A stretch of DNA of 63,866 bases, filler included, from Corallochytrium limacisporum Hawaii (lineage: Eukaryota; Protista; Pluriformea), in the NCBI GenBank assembly GCA_002811645.1. It is 5 parts of 5 records of this genome, joined end to end, with 100 filler letters (N's around TTAATTAATTAA, not from the genome) between each part and the next. Parts side by side here need not be neighbours in the genome. Positions count along the whole stretch, not along the records: positions 28,203 to 56,612 come from PDIP01000005.1; 4 more parts are not named here. One strand, 5' to 3'. Positions 35,432 to 47,239 of the stretch are shown one piece after another. The position numbers and the translations under genes are program-made. The notes below the pieces were generated by a model. The model saw only the letters and a program-made list of their open reading frames with translations. It had not been told where the DNA came from and did not search any database. The stretch's first letter is position 1. Every line of letters begins with the position of its first letter.

Positions 35432-36925
35432 ATGAAATTGATCATACTTTACATTTCGTTAGCGTTTGCAACAAGATCTTTGGCCGTGCCAACATATGAT
35501 AATGATCCTTTAGGTGTCAATGAGCCGGAGTACATCTCTGACCTGCATGTAACTCAGACCGCTGGATCCGGAGACGGCAATGAGTTACCAAAGCAGTACC
35601 TAGAGAATTGGATGAGAGTGCTACGTTCGTATATAGGGCACACCAGCCTTCTTGACCTTGCAATGCCTGGTACACATGATACGTTAACGTACGATTTGTC
35701 AGATGTTCTTGCTGACAACGCCAATAGTATGCCACCATGGGTATCGAAGATGATTCACGATTTTCAATCTGTCATATCACTGAAGAAAGTTGGAGCATTT
35801 GTCAAAGAGCAAGCGGTCACTCAGGGGCTAACGATATCTGATCAACTCAACCAAGGAATCCGGTACATTGATTTTCGCATGACTTGGTCGACTGGACCCG
35901 GAAAGAACAATCACCGACCGTACGATTGGTGGAGTGTTCATCTCATGGAATCCAACCAAACTGCTAAGCACTACTTCCAACAGATCAAAGACTGGCTTTC
36001 TAAACACAAAGAAGAGATTGTCATGATCACCGTTTCCAGGCACGGGAACCTGTGTCCAACTGGAGAAGATCAATGGCCTGGAGCGAGTCCAGAAGTCAAG
36101 CAAGCCATGTGGGCCCAACTGAAACAAATGTTCGATGGCATGATCTTCAATCCCTCGGAAGTTGGGGGCCTGAACAAATTGACCTACAACGATATGATAG
36201 GGAAAGGAAAACAGGTCGTCTTCTACACTGCGGACCATGCCGAATTTACTGGCAATGATACAATGGCGTATGATGCTTGTAAGCATATATCAAATTACCT
36301 CATGAGCAAGAATTTGAACGACGTTCCTGGATACATTGACGAATTGCAAACGATCACAGTTAATGCTAGCCAAATAAGGGAAGATCTGAAGGCCAAAGAC
36401 ACACTCTTCTTGCTATCCATGGCAGGATCACCTCCAGGAAATGTATTAAGCGACCAAGCGGAAGCGCATTTTCTCCGTCTCTTCGCTGGTGACTTTGACA
36501 AGAAGTGCGCCAAAAACTTCGATTTACCAGGCATAGGCTCTAAATTCTGTCCCGATACACTGTTGGACATTGAACAGATGAGGAATTTCTACACTCAGCA
36601 AATTCTTTACTCCACCGTGACCAATGCGACTCAGCACGAGCTTCCAGGAGCAATCTACCTCGATGCTGTAGACTTCGGCGGACTCTTCCGAACCGGCACA
36701 TCGACCAACTACGATCCCACCCTCGACATTGACAATTCTTTGACTCGTGGCTATGCGTACGTTGATACCATGCTTCTCTACAATGTACGTAAAGGATGTG
36801 CCAGCCTTTCTTTGGAAGGTAACGCTTGTCATCGCATGCTGAGTCGCATCAGGAAACAAATCGAGAAGAATCCCGAGCACAAGTGGAACGATCCGCAAAC
36901 CGGAAGGGACAAAAACTTTCCCTAG
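35432..36925 (+). CDS. Secreted PI-PLC X-domain (PLC-like phosphodiesterase) protein
   Basis: Signal peptide MKLIILYISLAFATRSLA. Motifs NWM...LAMPGTHDTLTY and TQGLTISDQLNQGIRYIDFRM typical of PI-PLC-X/PLCXD proteins. Confidence 0.88.
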   Translation: MKLIILYISLAFATRSLAVPTYDNDPLGVNEPEYISDLHVTQTAGSGDGNELPKQYLENWMRVLRSYIGHTSLLDLAMPGTHDTLTYDLSDVLADNANSMPPWVSKMIHDFQSVISLKKVGAFVKEQAVTQGLTISDQLNQGIRYIDFRMTWSTGPGKNNHRPYDWWSVHLMESNQTAKHYFQQIKDWLSKHKEEIVMITVSRHGNLCPTGEDQWPGASPEVKQAMWAQLKQMFDGMIFNPSEVGGLNKLTYNDMIGKGKQVVFYTADHAEFTGNDTMAYDACKHISNYLMSKNLNDVPGYIDELQTITVNASQIREDLKAKDTLFLLSMAGSPPGNVLSDQAEAHFLRLFAGDFDKKCAKNFDLPGIGSKFCPDTLLDIEQMRNFYTQQILYSTVTNATQHELPGAIYLDAVDFGGLFRTGTSTNYDPTLDIDNSLTRGYAYVDTMLLYNVRKGCASLSLEGNACHRMLSRIRKQIEKNPEHKWNDPQTGRDKNFP

Positions 36926-39360
36926 ACCTCATTCCGTGCTTACAGTCAACTAATAAGCCGGGAGCCGCTCTAGACCTCCGTTTACGAGTTCAAGAGCACT
37001 TAGTACCGCCGCAAGAGGGGCACCGCACTTTGTAGAGTCGACTGTGCATAATTGCCTGCTGAAGCCGTACTCGCACGTTCCCCACCATCGCAACGTTGGT
37101 GGAGGCGTATTCCCACTATTGTCATTTACGATGCGAAGAGGCTTGGAAATAGCGCTTTCGCAGATTTATTTTCGAGTATATTCACTGGCGGAGTAAAATG
37201 CGAGACATTGAAGGAAGCCAGTATAAAGAAGTTGACGTGATCAACACGATCTTTACCGTCTGATTAAAAGGGGCAGAAAGCACTGCCTGGAGACTATGTG
37301 ATGTTGATTCGTATTGATCTAAATTGTCACAGTACAGCTATTGAGACAATGCAAATGTCTGCGGTTGCTTAAAAAATAACTGATATTGGAATGCGTACAA
37401 ATTAATTTCTAACAACCAGACTGACCTAAAACGTATAACCCTTAGTATCAATTAATTTGCTACTGCACCTGGGTGGTAAAACAAACTTCATGTGATCTGA
37501 CTACACAGATCGAGGTCTGCGCAGACGGGTTTGTGGATGACTGCGCCATGTTATGTTATCCCAGTTCGGACTGCGGTTCCGTCCTTTGCGGCGAAACGGA
37601 ACTTGGTCCATGGCTTTCCATACGTAGACACGGTAGGAGTCATCACCAGAGCACTATACAGAAGGACTCAGCATGAACAACTTCCATCTCGTCTGAGAGC
37701 GAAAAAGGCAATGATCGGTTGGAGGCGATATATACCACGTGGTACACAATGTCCTCAGTGCTTCAAATCTGGTTTCCTGTGGTGTTGTTTGTCTCTGCCC
37801 TGCTCTCGAAAGCTTTTTCCTTTCTACACCCAGGAGAATTGACTTAGTCTTAGACTTTAAGTGTTTCAAATCCTTCGTTTGGGGATGAAAAAGTGTTCTT
37901 TGTTTGGCGAGCACTGGCTGCCCGTCACCTCTGGTGATGCGATGGACATCAGGAGACACGGCGACTCACTATAGAGTATCATTGGTAGCCGTCATCGTCG
38001 CGGAAAGCTTAGCATGATAGCAATATATGATTCTGAAGGTTAACAGGGAAGGTATCAACGCAGTGCTCAGACTTCGCATGCTAAGAAAGTAAACACCCTG
38101 AGATTCACTGGAAACTACGAAGGTACTGCGTGCCCACTGAGATGATCTTCCCATAAGGGCCACAACAAAAGACCCAAGAAGGCCAGACGAAGACCAAGTG
38201 AGTTGAGCAAGAAGAATTTTGTCCCCTCCGAGGGAGGAAAACCTTCTCTGTGCGCAGAGGAGAAAGGAATTGGAATTGGCGCACCTGTCCAACGATAGCC
38301 CTAGCCAAATCTTTTAGAGCAGACTAGGATTAAGGGTACAGACTGACCGTCTCGAAGTGGGCTGTGTTGTGCGCAAGACGAGGTCCATAAGCACCCTCCG
38401 TTACGTGATGCTCGGATTTCCCGTCCGCGACGCGACCGGGTCACGGCGGCGTATCCCCGTCTTTTTCATAGTTTTTGTTCTCACTTGTTCCTTTCCCGTG
38501 TCTCCCCGTTTTCGCTTTGGCGCGTTGGAGGGGACTTTTCTTTCCTGCTAACACTATCGCTTACAATATCGCTGTCTATCACTACCTCCGTCTTCAAGGT
38601 AAACGGAGGACCAGGAAGACTGAAGTGACGCAGGACACTTTTGCCCGGGAATTAAGCTTGTGTGCTTTTGTGTTGATGGTTTCAATATCCGCTGTTGCGT
38701 TGGGCTGGTGTCCAGCATCAGTTGATAGTGATTCCTTCATAACACGTATTTCAATTCACTTCATACTCTTATATTGATGTTTATCGTGTCCTTCGCAGCT
38801 TTCCCCTAGAGCGCGGAATTTTGCGGGAATGCCATTAAACTCAGTCCCCTCACTCCAACTGCAGACAAGGCGGGAGACGTGGAGGTCGCCCTTCACACCG
38901 CGTTTAGGTCCAAGCAAATTCATTCACCTTTGCGCAGAGAAAGACAATGCTTACGTGGAGGCCAACTCGTTACTTCCAAGGCGACAATCAACACCTCGGT
39001 CGTAGTGAAAAGGAGACCCAGGGAAGGAGAACAGGGGCGATGGAAAGGTGAGGTATTGCCTATCAGAAAGCCCCTCCAACCTGGGCGGGCCCCCTGGGTG
39101 GGGGGAGGGAAAGGGAGGCCAGGCCAACAGTTTGACATCGAGCAGTTCAAAACCATGATTTCCGCCTCCAAATCCAATCGAACGCTCTCTTTAGTACAGA
39201 ATTGGACCGGCAGGCCATGTAAATGCGACAGTCTAGAAGGATAGGGTATCCGATATGTGTACGTGAATTGGACTGATCAGGTAGAACAGAGAGTGTGCTG
39301 TTCCATTAAACGATTTCAAAAGAGCCAAAACAGCTCAGATCATACTTCATCTGCTTAATC

Positions 39361-41544
39361 ATGACCATGACCAACACGAAAGACGACCAGGCAAGCACTC
39401 AGAAGTATCTGCACAGGCGAGGCAGCATCCCTCCACCAGTCCGAGGTAGTCGGGGATCCATGGCCTCTGCCGAGAGTATTGATCAGCAAAACTCTGAAGA
39501 AGGTTCCAAAAATGACATGGATGAGTTAGATCAGGAGGTCTACAGCCCTGCTGGCAGTGGTCAGGTCAACTCCTTTGTCCCCAGTGCCAACGTGTCTCTG
39601 CGAAGCGAAGCTAGTGTCGAGCCTTCCTCACTCGACCCCGACGCCCCTACGCAAGCCATGGCACGTGCCGCTGACAATTGTCTCTCCACCTACGGCACTT
39701 CTTCCATTGGTGGTCCCAGCTTCAAAGAAATGTCCCGTGCTTTCATGGATCAACCACGCCAGTCTGTAATCGAAGAGGATGACTACGCAGAGCATGAGCG
39801 TGTCAACGATTACGAAGACTTCGAGGAGGAAGAGATTGTCAAAGAATCCGTGATGGACCCTTTGCTCAAGAAAGAGAATGCCAAGGTTACTCGTGACAAT
39901 GAAAACTTTGGTAAGCATGTCACACTGTACGTAATTGCCCAGCCCCTCCTTTTCCTGCCTTTGTTGGCGGCCATACTGGTTGCTGTTGTATCCCCCCTTG
40001 TCAACGCCCACCTGTATCACATGGTCGACCAGATCCGCGCGGGAAGCATCAACTCGCACTTTGCCAACGTTGAGATGGTGGTGGGAAATTTCTCTCAGAA
40101 CCAGGTGGATTTGAATGCGGACTTCGAGATTCTGCATGGTGGAAACACTCTAGAATTACAGCGTAAAGCCGGTTCGACTATTGAACTGCTTGATAGCAAC
40201 GTTGCCATTGCTCGCTTCCGCCAGCTTGCAGATGAGGAGTGGACCGTCAATGGCTTGGAAGCTGACACGGACAACACTGGCAAGAACAATATCACAATCC
40301 CTCTCACGTTCCTGGATCAAACTAAACCAGAGGACCAAGTTGAAAGCGATGTTGCACGCCCGTTTTGGTACCTGCTCTTCAACTCCCGCCAGACCCGTAA
40401 CTGGAACGTGGCCTCTGTGATTAATTACAAACTGAACATGCGCGATGGTACTGAGGTCATTGTGGATGGTGAATATCATTTGACCAATTTGCCCATTCAG
40501 GGCTTTGGTGACATGTCTGGGGACCTTGAAATTTCCAGTCTCACCCTGGACGGTGAAGACAAGATCACCCTGGCAGGACACATAACAGGTAGCACGCGCT
40601 CCAGCACTCGCGTCACCATTAACAGCAACGCTCCCTTGGCCCTCTGCTACTCTGATACAGTGGTTGGTATGCGCCCTGGTGTTGTTGTCTATGATGGCAA
40701 CAGAAAAGTGGTTCGGGAGGATACCCTTGAGACCTGTGTGTCGGTGACCATGTCCGATGGGTTCGCCATGTCTCAGTCTAGTACCGAAAGACATCCCATT
40801 ACGGTTAGTGACTTGAGCATCTCCTCTCGCATTCTGGGGTGCCTCCTGTCCCCCATCACTGACGTCGCTGACTCTTGCAACCTGGAGCTCCGTCCCATTC
40901 CTGGCAACAAAAGCAAACCAAGCATCCTAGAGGACATGTTTGCGGTGCCCATTCACCGTGCGACTACTTCGCTTGCCTTTGAAACAGAGCAACCAGTCAT
41001 CAGCATTGCTGCAGGTACCCAGGCCCTGGGTCGTTTTGGAGATATCAGCAGTGCAGACATACGCATCAAATCAACACTGAAAAGCATTGAGACCGTGTCC
41101 AATCGAGACATCCAGCGCCTTTCCATACAGCCATTTTTGTCTACGATTGACCCAATGTATGGCAGCTTCCGCTTCTCGGTCACTGCAGAAGACGGGTCAG
41201 CAACGCGCACTTGCTATCCCTTCACCGACGGTGGCAATCAACCTGATCAATTTGCTGCTCTACACCATCAGCTGAGCAGCCACGTTTTGCCAGCTGGATC
41301 TGTCCAGTATACCCCCACTCCTATTGACGGAGACTCTTGCTCTCGCATGCTCTATCCTGCCATGTGCTGTCTGGCTAAGCATCTTGGTCGCTCGAGCATT
41401 ATTCTGGACATCCTCATTGGCATGAAATTCGATGGCATTGACCAGGAACTTGCCACCGAGCAGCCTAGCATGCGCGTCGTCTGTGACATGGAGGATTTTG
41501 ATGCCAACAGTGCGTGTGACTTGATTGACTTCATTGACCAATGA
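39361..41544 (+). CDS. Type II membrane protein A (727 aa) with LEA_2/DUF3712-like ectodomain and six-Cys signature; candidate glucan-synthase companion
   Basis: About 185-aa acidic/Ser-rich disordered N-terminus, single TM (VIAQPLLFLPLLAAILVAVVSPLV), beta-rich ectodomain, C-terminal DSC-x8-CC...C-x10-C shared with the ORFs at 45476 and 51008. The CDS is solid; the domain call is by eye. Confidence 0.8.
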   Translation: MTMTNTKDDQASTQKYLHRRGSIPPPVRGSRGSMASAESIDQQNSEEGSKNDMDELDQEVYSPAGSGQVNSFVPSANVSLRSEASVEPSSLDPDAPTQAMARAADNCLSTYGTSSIGGPSFKEMSRAFMDQPRQSVIEEDDYAEHERVNDYEDFEEEEIVKESVMDPLLKKENAKVTRDNENFGKHVTLYVIAQPLLFLPLLAAILVAVVSPLVNAHLYHMVDQIRAGSINSHFANVEMVVGNFSQNQVDLNADFEILHGGNTLELQRKAGSTIELLDSNVAIARFRQLADEEWTVNGLEADTDNTGKNNITIPLTFLDQTKPEDQVESDVARPFWYLLFNSRQTRNWNVASVINYKLNMRDGTEVIVDGEYHLTNLPIQGFGDMSGDLEISSLTLDGEDKITLAGHITGSTRSSTRVTINSNAPLALCYSDTVVGMRPGVVVYDGNRKVVREDTLETCVSVTMSDGFAMSQSSTERHPITVSDLSISSRILGCLLSPITDVADSCNLELRPIPGNKSKPSILEDMFAVPIHRATTSLAFETEQPVISIAAGTQALGRFGDISSADIRIKSTLKSIETVSNRDIQRLSIQPFLSTIDPMYGSFRFSVTAEDGSATRTCYPFTDGGNQPDQFAALHHQLSSHVLPAGSVQYTPTPIDGDSCSRMLYPAMCCLAKHLGRSSIILDILIGMKFDGIDQELATEQPSMRVVCDMEDFDANSACDLIDFIDQ

Positions 41545-41852
41545 AGCATGTTTGAAACCCGACGCAAATCCATCAAAGCCATGGTCCAAAGAACACTATT
41601 TTTCATCACATTTAGACCCATTCTTGTTTCAACTGAAACATCCCATAAAATACCTTATTGAATAACCACCAATGACCAGCAGTTTTTCGATTGTCGCCCG
41701 GGTTTCAACCTCACTACCACCGGTGCAATGGTACCGATAAGTTGGATGCTAGGATACTATGTATTCGGTTGATATGAAGAAACGGAAGAATCATGTGAAC
41801 AATGTCTTTTGCGTGGTTTTTTTTGTTGTGTTTGAATTCTATAGTGGATCTC

Positions 41853-43883
41853 TCACAGATACAAGTTGTTGCGGTAAACCTCCACGGCAAAGTAGATGGC
41901 CAGGGCAGGTCCTACAAGCCGAGCGAGGGTGGACATGATATGGAAGAATGTGACCCAGTGGGGAGACGGATGGAACACATCTATGGGGTGGAACGCCCAA
42001 TAGACGAAACACAGGTGATTGAAGATGAAGTAGAAGGCGGTGGAGATGGAGAATGCTATGAAGATACGGCCCCCAATGATAGGCTGTCCAAAGGCATCAG
42101 TGAGATTGTAAGGATGCATCAGACCCCATACAATAGAGAATAACATGAGAAAAATGATGGCCACATTGTATCGGATGCGACGCAGTGATTTATAGAGCTC
42201 CTGCCGCAGTCTTGCCTTGTCATCTTTATCATCCGCCGATTTACGAGTAACCTTGAAGGTTAGGTTACCTCCAAGCATGGCCACAACACAATTCTTCATG
42301 ATGTAGTACTGGAAACCAATGGAGAACATCTGGGTAGATGCGTAAGAGCGTGACAAACTGGAGTGAACTACTGTTTCATACAGAAGACCAGATCCCAGGT
42401 AAAACAGCAGGATAATCAGGAAGTCAACGTAGTTGACAAGGTTCAGAGGCACGTAGTGTCCAACCAAGAATACAGGAATGGACAATGTGAAGAACAGAGA
42501 CAACCAGGCAGTGGAATAATTCACAAAAACAGCAATGTAGGCCATGCGAGCCCAGAAGGGCAGACCCTTGAGCCACAGAGGACAGTCCTTGGAGAAGAAG
42601 ATTTGGTAGGAGCCTTTACACCAACGGGAACGCTGCCGAAAGGTGTCAGCAAGTGTAGTGGGCGAATATCCAGTAGCTAAATACTCGCTGACATACATGC
42701 ACTTGTAGCCGGCGGCTTCCATTAGCATGGACAGGTAACAATCTTCAGTGACAGAGCCTGTAGGAAAACCTCCAATAGATTCAAAAGCTGCACGAGAAGC
42801 AACAAAATTCGTGCCAATGCATGGAGTTGCGCCAATGCCATCACGTCCGGGAATGAGCAGCTCGAAGAATGTCTTGGCGACCAGATCAATGGGGTCCTCA
42901 GACGGGTCAATGTTGCCGTAGAACTGTGGGGTCTGCACAAATCCGACAGTGGGATCAAATTCTAGTTTCATAGTTTCTTCGTTGTAGCGGTAGAAGTAAG
43001 GTACAGTCTTCTGCAGAAAGTGCCGGCTAGGAATGAAATCAGCATCTAAGATCAGGAGCAGATCAGAGTCTGTGAGGTCCACAGCATTGTTGATGTTACC
43101 GGCCTTGGCATGTTTCTTGACATTGCGATTGATGTAAAAAATATTCGGGTAGACCTCCTTCAGAGTTTGAACCCACTGGTACACATTCTTACGACGGCTG
43201 TCGTCACAGATGAAAATGTTGATGTGTTCCTGCGGATAGTCCATGCACATGGCACCTCTCAAGGTTTGAGCCAAAATTTCAATGCTTTCGTTGTAGGTCG
43301 GTATCATGACCGCGATGGTGGGATAGTCCTCCGTGGAGATCTTTGGTGTGCACTCCTTCAGAGGCACGCACTCACGCTTAATGGGTTTCATCCGCTCAAT
43401 CCATCCAAAAAAGAAGGACGAGACAGACAGAACCTCAGCCGTGTAGAAGACAACCTGGTAAGTATACACATCATATGGAACGTCATTACCACCAATGGTG
43501 AACATACCTCGGTAGATGAGGTAGACCAGGGCGCAGCACACATGGATCACGGCCGAAATATTTGCCAGAATAGTTTTAGGCCCATTAAGAGGTACAGACC
43601 AATGAGGATCGACGTTCATCTGAGGAGCCTTATTCAAGAAGGCTTCAAAGTTGTGAGCCTCTGACTTTAGCATTCGGCCCTTCTTCACCTGGCGTGCCTT
43701 CAGGTTCCCTACGGGAGTGACGTTTCGCTTCTGCATACCCATCATGTTGATCTCTTCTCTAGATTCATCGTCGTGCTCCTGCACACTGTCCATACTGGAC
43801 ATACTTATGTTCTCAGACGAGTCTGAGCTGAGGAGGCCGACGGCGGCATCATCCTTCGGTTTCTTCTTAGAGAACCATCCCAT
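41853..43883 (-). CDS. Cellulose-synthase-like processive GT2 glycosyltransferase A (BcsA/CesA-like)
   Basis: IPTYNES, CDDSRR, HAKAGNIN, LDADF, VQTPQ, GTN, SVTED, QRSRW, gating loop FKVTRK. Two N-terminal and several C-terminal TM helices; no PilZ. First ATG (MGWFSKKK) at 43883. Confidence 0.93.
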   Translation of the reverse strand: MGWFSKKKPKDDAAVGLLSSDSSENISMSSMDSVQEHDDESREEINMMGMQKRNVTPVGNLKARQVKKGRMLKSEAHNFEAFLNKAPQMNVDPHWSVPLNGPKTILANISAVIHVCCALVYLIYRGMFTIGGNDVPYDVYTYQVVFYTAEVLSVSSFFFGWIERMKPIKRECVPLKECTPKISTEDYPTIAVMIPTYNESIEILAQTLRGAMCMDYPQEHINIFICDDSRRKNVYQWVQTLKEVYPNIFYINRNVKKHAKAGNINNAVDLTDSDLLLILDADFIPSRHFLQKTVPYFYRYNEETMKLEFDPTVGFVQTPQFYGNIDPSEDPIDLVAKTFFELLIPGRDGIGATPCIGTNFVASRAAFESIGGFPTGSVTEDCYLSMLMEAAGYKCMYVSEYLATGYSPTTLADTFRQRSRWCKGSYQIFFSKDCPLWLKGLPFWARMAYIAVFVNYSTAWLSLFFTLSIPVFLVGHYVPLNLVNYVDFLIILLFYLGSGLLYETVVHSSLSRSYASTQMFSIGFQYYIMKNCVVAMLGGNLTFKVTRKSADDKDDKARLRQELYKSLRRIRYNVAIIFLMLFSIVWGLMHPYNLTDAFGQPIIGGRIFIAFSISTAFYFIFNHLCFVYWAFHPIDVFHPSPHWVTFFHIMSTLARLVGPALAIYFAVEVYRNNLYL

Positions 43884-45475
43884 GGTACTGTCTTTAGCTT
43901 TGCGATTTGGTTTCAAAGGTGAATGCGACGAAGGTGACAAATCAGTTTACACTCAGCAATTTTGTCCAGCAGTGCCTGGGTTAAATTTTCTGATGGGCAA
44001 CTTGTTCAAAGCCATCCCAAATACCTTATCGATCTAGGGTGCATGACCTGAATAGGTGCCCCACTGTGTTGTAGGTGACTATCACAGGCAAACTTTGACC
44101 ATAGCACAGGGTTCCGAATGCTTTGTATGCCCCGGGACTGCCTCTCAACTGTGTTGACAAAGTAAGGTTAAACGTGATACGTCCTCCTGACCGTGTCACC
44201 TCTCTATACAATCTTGGCTCGCAAATGCCCTACACAAAAATGGTCTTGGACTAACAGTGAATAAACCTCAGAAAAGAAAGGGGCGCAGAGGGGTCGCAAG
44301 GAAGCCCTGCAAAGGAACGGGGTCCCGGGGGGGNNNNNNNNNNNNNNNNNNNNNNNNNNNNNNNNNNNNNNNNNNNNNNNNNNNNNNNNNNNNNNNNNNN
44401 NNNNNNNNNNNNNNNNNNNNNNNNNNNNNNNNNNNNNNNNNNNNNNNNNNNNNNNNNNNNNNNNNNNNNNNNNNNNNNNNNNNNNNNNNNNNNNNNNNNN
44501 NNNNNNNNNNNNNNNNNNNNNNNNNNNNNNNNNNNNNNNNNNNNNNNNNNNNNNNNNNNNGGGGGGGGGGGAAGAAGAATGGCTAAGGAGGGAGGGGGAC
44601 GCGGGTGTGCCCAGTGATACCGGTATTAAGCATCGGAATGTGACATGATGACCCCGTGTTGCAATCACAGGTCAATACATTAAGTAGAAAATTCCTATCG
44701 ACGATGTGTGGTTCAAGTACGTCGAAAGTGATAAGAGCCCATGAAAAACTTTTCTCCATTTTCTGTCATGATATTCCAGATGCAAACCACCATTCATAAG
44801 TTCAAGAATCCTCATTGCAGTATGTTTTGTGTGACTAAATTTCGGCATACAAGACCGTTCCCCATGGTACTGTCATGAGTCGCGTCCTTCAAAGGGTTTT
44901 CTGACATTCAGTCTATCTTCTCTTTGTCTCACATTGACTCACCGCACACCTTCCGCTCGCTCGTCTCTTCCATGTGCACCACACGCCAGGGCAAAAGGTT
45001 GCTCTGGGGTGGTACTCGTCAGAGGTGAAGTAATCAATAAACGATCAATATTTTTATTTGCCCCAATTGGCAATGCTTGGAATGCAAGGACCGTTGGGCT
45101 AAACTGCCCAGGACGTTCTTCTGGGTCCACAGTGAGCGGGAAGGGCGCGGATGTAGGGGGACGGCAAGGGAAGGAGGCCGGCGAGGATCCGCCCCGCGAG
45201 GAGGGGGGAGAAGGGGTTGGCAGACTTACATTGTCCATCTTCTTCTGATTATTGGGATCCTCTTGGAAAGGATTATGATGGTAACATCTGGAGAAGGCGA
45301 GATAAATGCTGTGCATTGGAATATGTTGGGGAGGTTTTGCTAGCCAGTCACAAGCAGGTACACCAAGGTCAGCGGGCAGCACAACTACCTGCATGAATCT
45401 GGACAGACGAGATCTGCTTCAATATTCACGGCCACAGAAAATTTGAGAAAAGGCAATTCTGCCTGCAACTTAACT

Positions 45476-47239
45476 ATGCCCATGTCAAACCGTCAGCAAC
45501 GTAAAGAAGAGGGTGAGCTTGACTCCGTCATCCTCGAAGGCGACGACTCAATCACTGCCGACTTTATCAATGACAATGTCAACTGGGAGGAAGTCCAGAA
45601 GCAAAAGGAAGCAGCTGCTGGTTTCAACTACGGATACTTCCGTCACATTGTAAACCAATTTTTTGGTGCTGGCACCTACATATTCATTGCTCTGATCACC
45701 ATATTTACTCCTGTTGCCTGGGTAATCATTTCGCAATACTTGGCCCAAGTCAACATCAGCAGCCAATCTTGGACTTTCGACAACGTGTCCATCAGCCGCA
45801 TTAACGGCACTCACTATGACTTCTCCGCCGATCTGCGTTTATCAGGTGCTTCATTCTTTGATTTCGAATACCCCACTTCGAACGTATCTCTATTGGTGAA
45901 TGAGGATGATGGTGAGGAAGTCCTTGGATTCATTGAAATCCCCGGTATGCAGGTCGACAGTGTTCGCCCGTTCACCAAGCGGATGACGACCATACTAGAG
46001 GTAGCGGATTCGTCCATGATGGAAGCGGAACTTCGAGCCGTGACCAGTGGTAGGGATACAAATTGGTATATTAGTGGTGAGCTGAAGACTATAGTCGACC
46101 TCGCCATTAGCCTGCGCACCTTTGTGACCCTGCATTCCCCGGTTTCTGTACCTTCCGTAACCTATGACAATATTGTCGCTTCTAATACGGAAGTTACCAA
46201 GATGGATGACAGTGTTATCGAAGGTTCTTTCACTGTGGGATGGGACAACCTCTCCAACACTTCCCTGATCAAAGTGTACAAGAACACTCAGATGATCTTT
46301 GTTCCCGATGTTGACCTGTCCGGTAATTCCGTTGCCAGCCAATCCATACTCCTGACCTGCGATGCCATCGATCTTGAGGCCTACCATGGTGACGCTAATG
46401 GTGTGACTAGTTGCACCTTCAATGTGGTCCATACCAAGGACAGTGCAGTGACTGATGCCTCTCAACTGCTGGATTCTGAGACCAAATACGCTCTGGCAAG
46501 CCGTCTGCTGGAGAAACTCATTCTGCGTGGAGGCTTAGAAGGCACTCTACGGGGTCCTCTCCCTGTGCCTGCCACCAATCCGTACGTAGACACAAACGAT
46601 AGTCGCATCCCTGAGTTTGTCCCTATCATGGGACGCATGAGCATGTGGATGGGTGATTCTCAACTGTCCCCGACCGATGATGACATTGTCACAGTAGCTA
46701 GCAGGAATATCGAAATCACTTTGAACCCAGGTAACGGCAGCGCTGACATCACTCTTAATGGTTCCTCTATCCTGCAGAATATCCCTGGGATTGTGACGTC
46801 TTCCTCGTCTATGCGCCTTGTAGATCACACCGGTAAGCGCGGTATTGCATTCACAAGCCCCGCTGCGACCGACGAGGGCAAAGAGGTGCTCCGCTGCCCG
46901 GCTCCTCCGGCCTACCTAAGTGTCAAGCCTGCCGAGGACCATGCTTCTACTAACGTGCCTGTGCCATTGTCTGTCGAAGATCCTACCAGTGGAGTGATGG
47001 ACGTACCCGACGGATGCAAAGATGCTTACCGCGACGCTCTTTGCTGTGGTCTAATACCTCGTCCCAGCATGGCTGGCAAGCTGAACATTGAGTTCCCGGA
47101 GATTATGGTGACATTGAACTATGATCCTAATAGTCAGGTGTCCATCAGATGCAAAACTGATGCTGATTACGAGACCACAGTTTGCTCACGTTTTACACGC
47201 TCCTGCGATGCATTCATCGGGGAGTACTGTGACGAGTAG
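45476..47239 (+). CDS. Type II membrane protein B (~587 aa) with LEA_2/DUF3712-like ectodomain and six-Cys signature
   Basis: Short acidic N-terminus, TM (GTYIFIALITIFTPVAWVII), LEA_2-like VSISRINGTHYDFSADLRLSGASFFDFEYPTSNVSL...LGFIEIPG, C-terminal DGC-x8-CC...C-x10-C. Divergent from GT2-A. Confidence 0.8.
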   Translation: MPMSNRQQRKEEGELDSVILEGDDSITADFINDNVNWEEVQKQKEAAAGFNYGYFRHIVNQFFGAGTYIFIALITIFTPVAWVIISQYLAQVNISSQSWTFDNVSISRINGTHYDFSADLRLSGASFFDFEYPTSNVSLLVNEDDGEEVLGFIEIPGMQVDSVRPFTKRMTTILEVADSSMMEAELRAVTSGRDTNWYISGELKTIVDLAISLRTFVTLHSPVSVPSVTYDNIVASNTEVTKMDDSVIEGSFTVGWDNLSNTSLIKVYKNTQMIFVPDVDLSGNSVASQSILLTCDAIDLEAYHGDANGVTSCTFNVVHTKDSAVTDASQLLDSETKYALASRLLEKLILRGGLEGTLRGPLPVPATNPYVDTNDSRIPEFVPIMGRMSMWMGDSQLSPTDDDIVTVASRNIEITLNPGNGSADITLNGSSILQNIPGIVTSSSSMRLVDHTGKRGIAFTSPAATDEGKEVLRCPAPPAYLSVKPAEDHASTNVPVPLSVEDPTSGVMDVPDGCKDAYRDALCCGLIPRPSMAGKLNIEFPEIMVTLNYDPNSQVSIRCKTDADYETTVCSRFTRSCDAFIGEYCDE

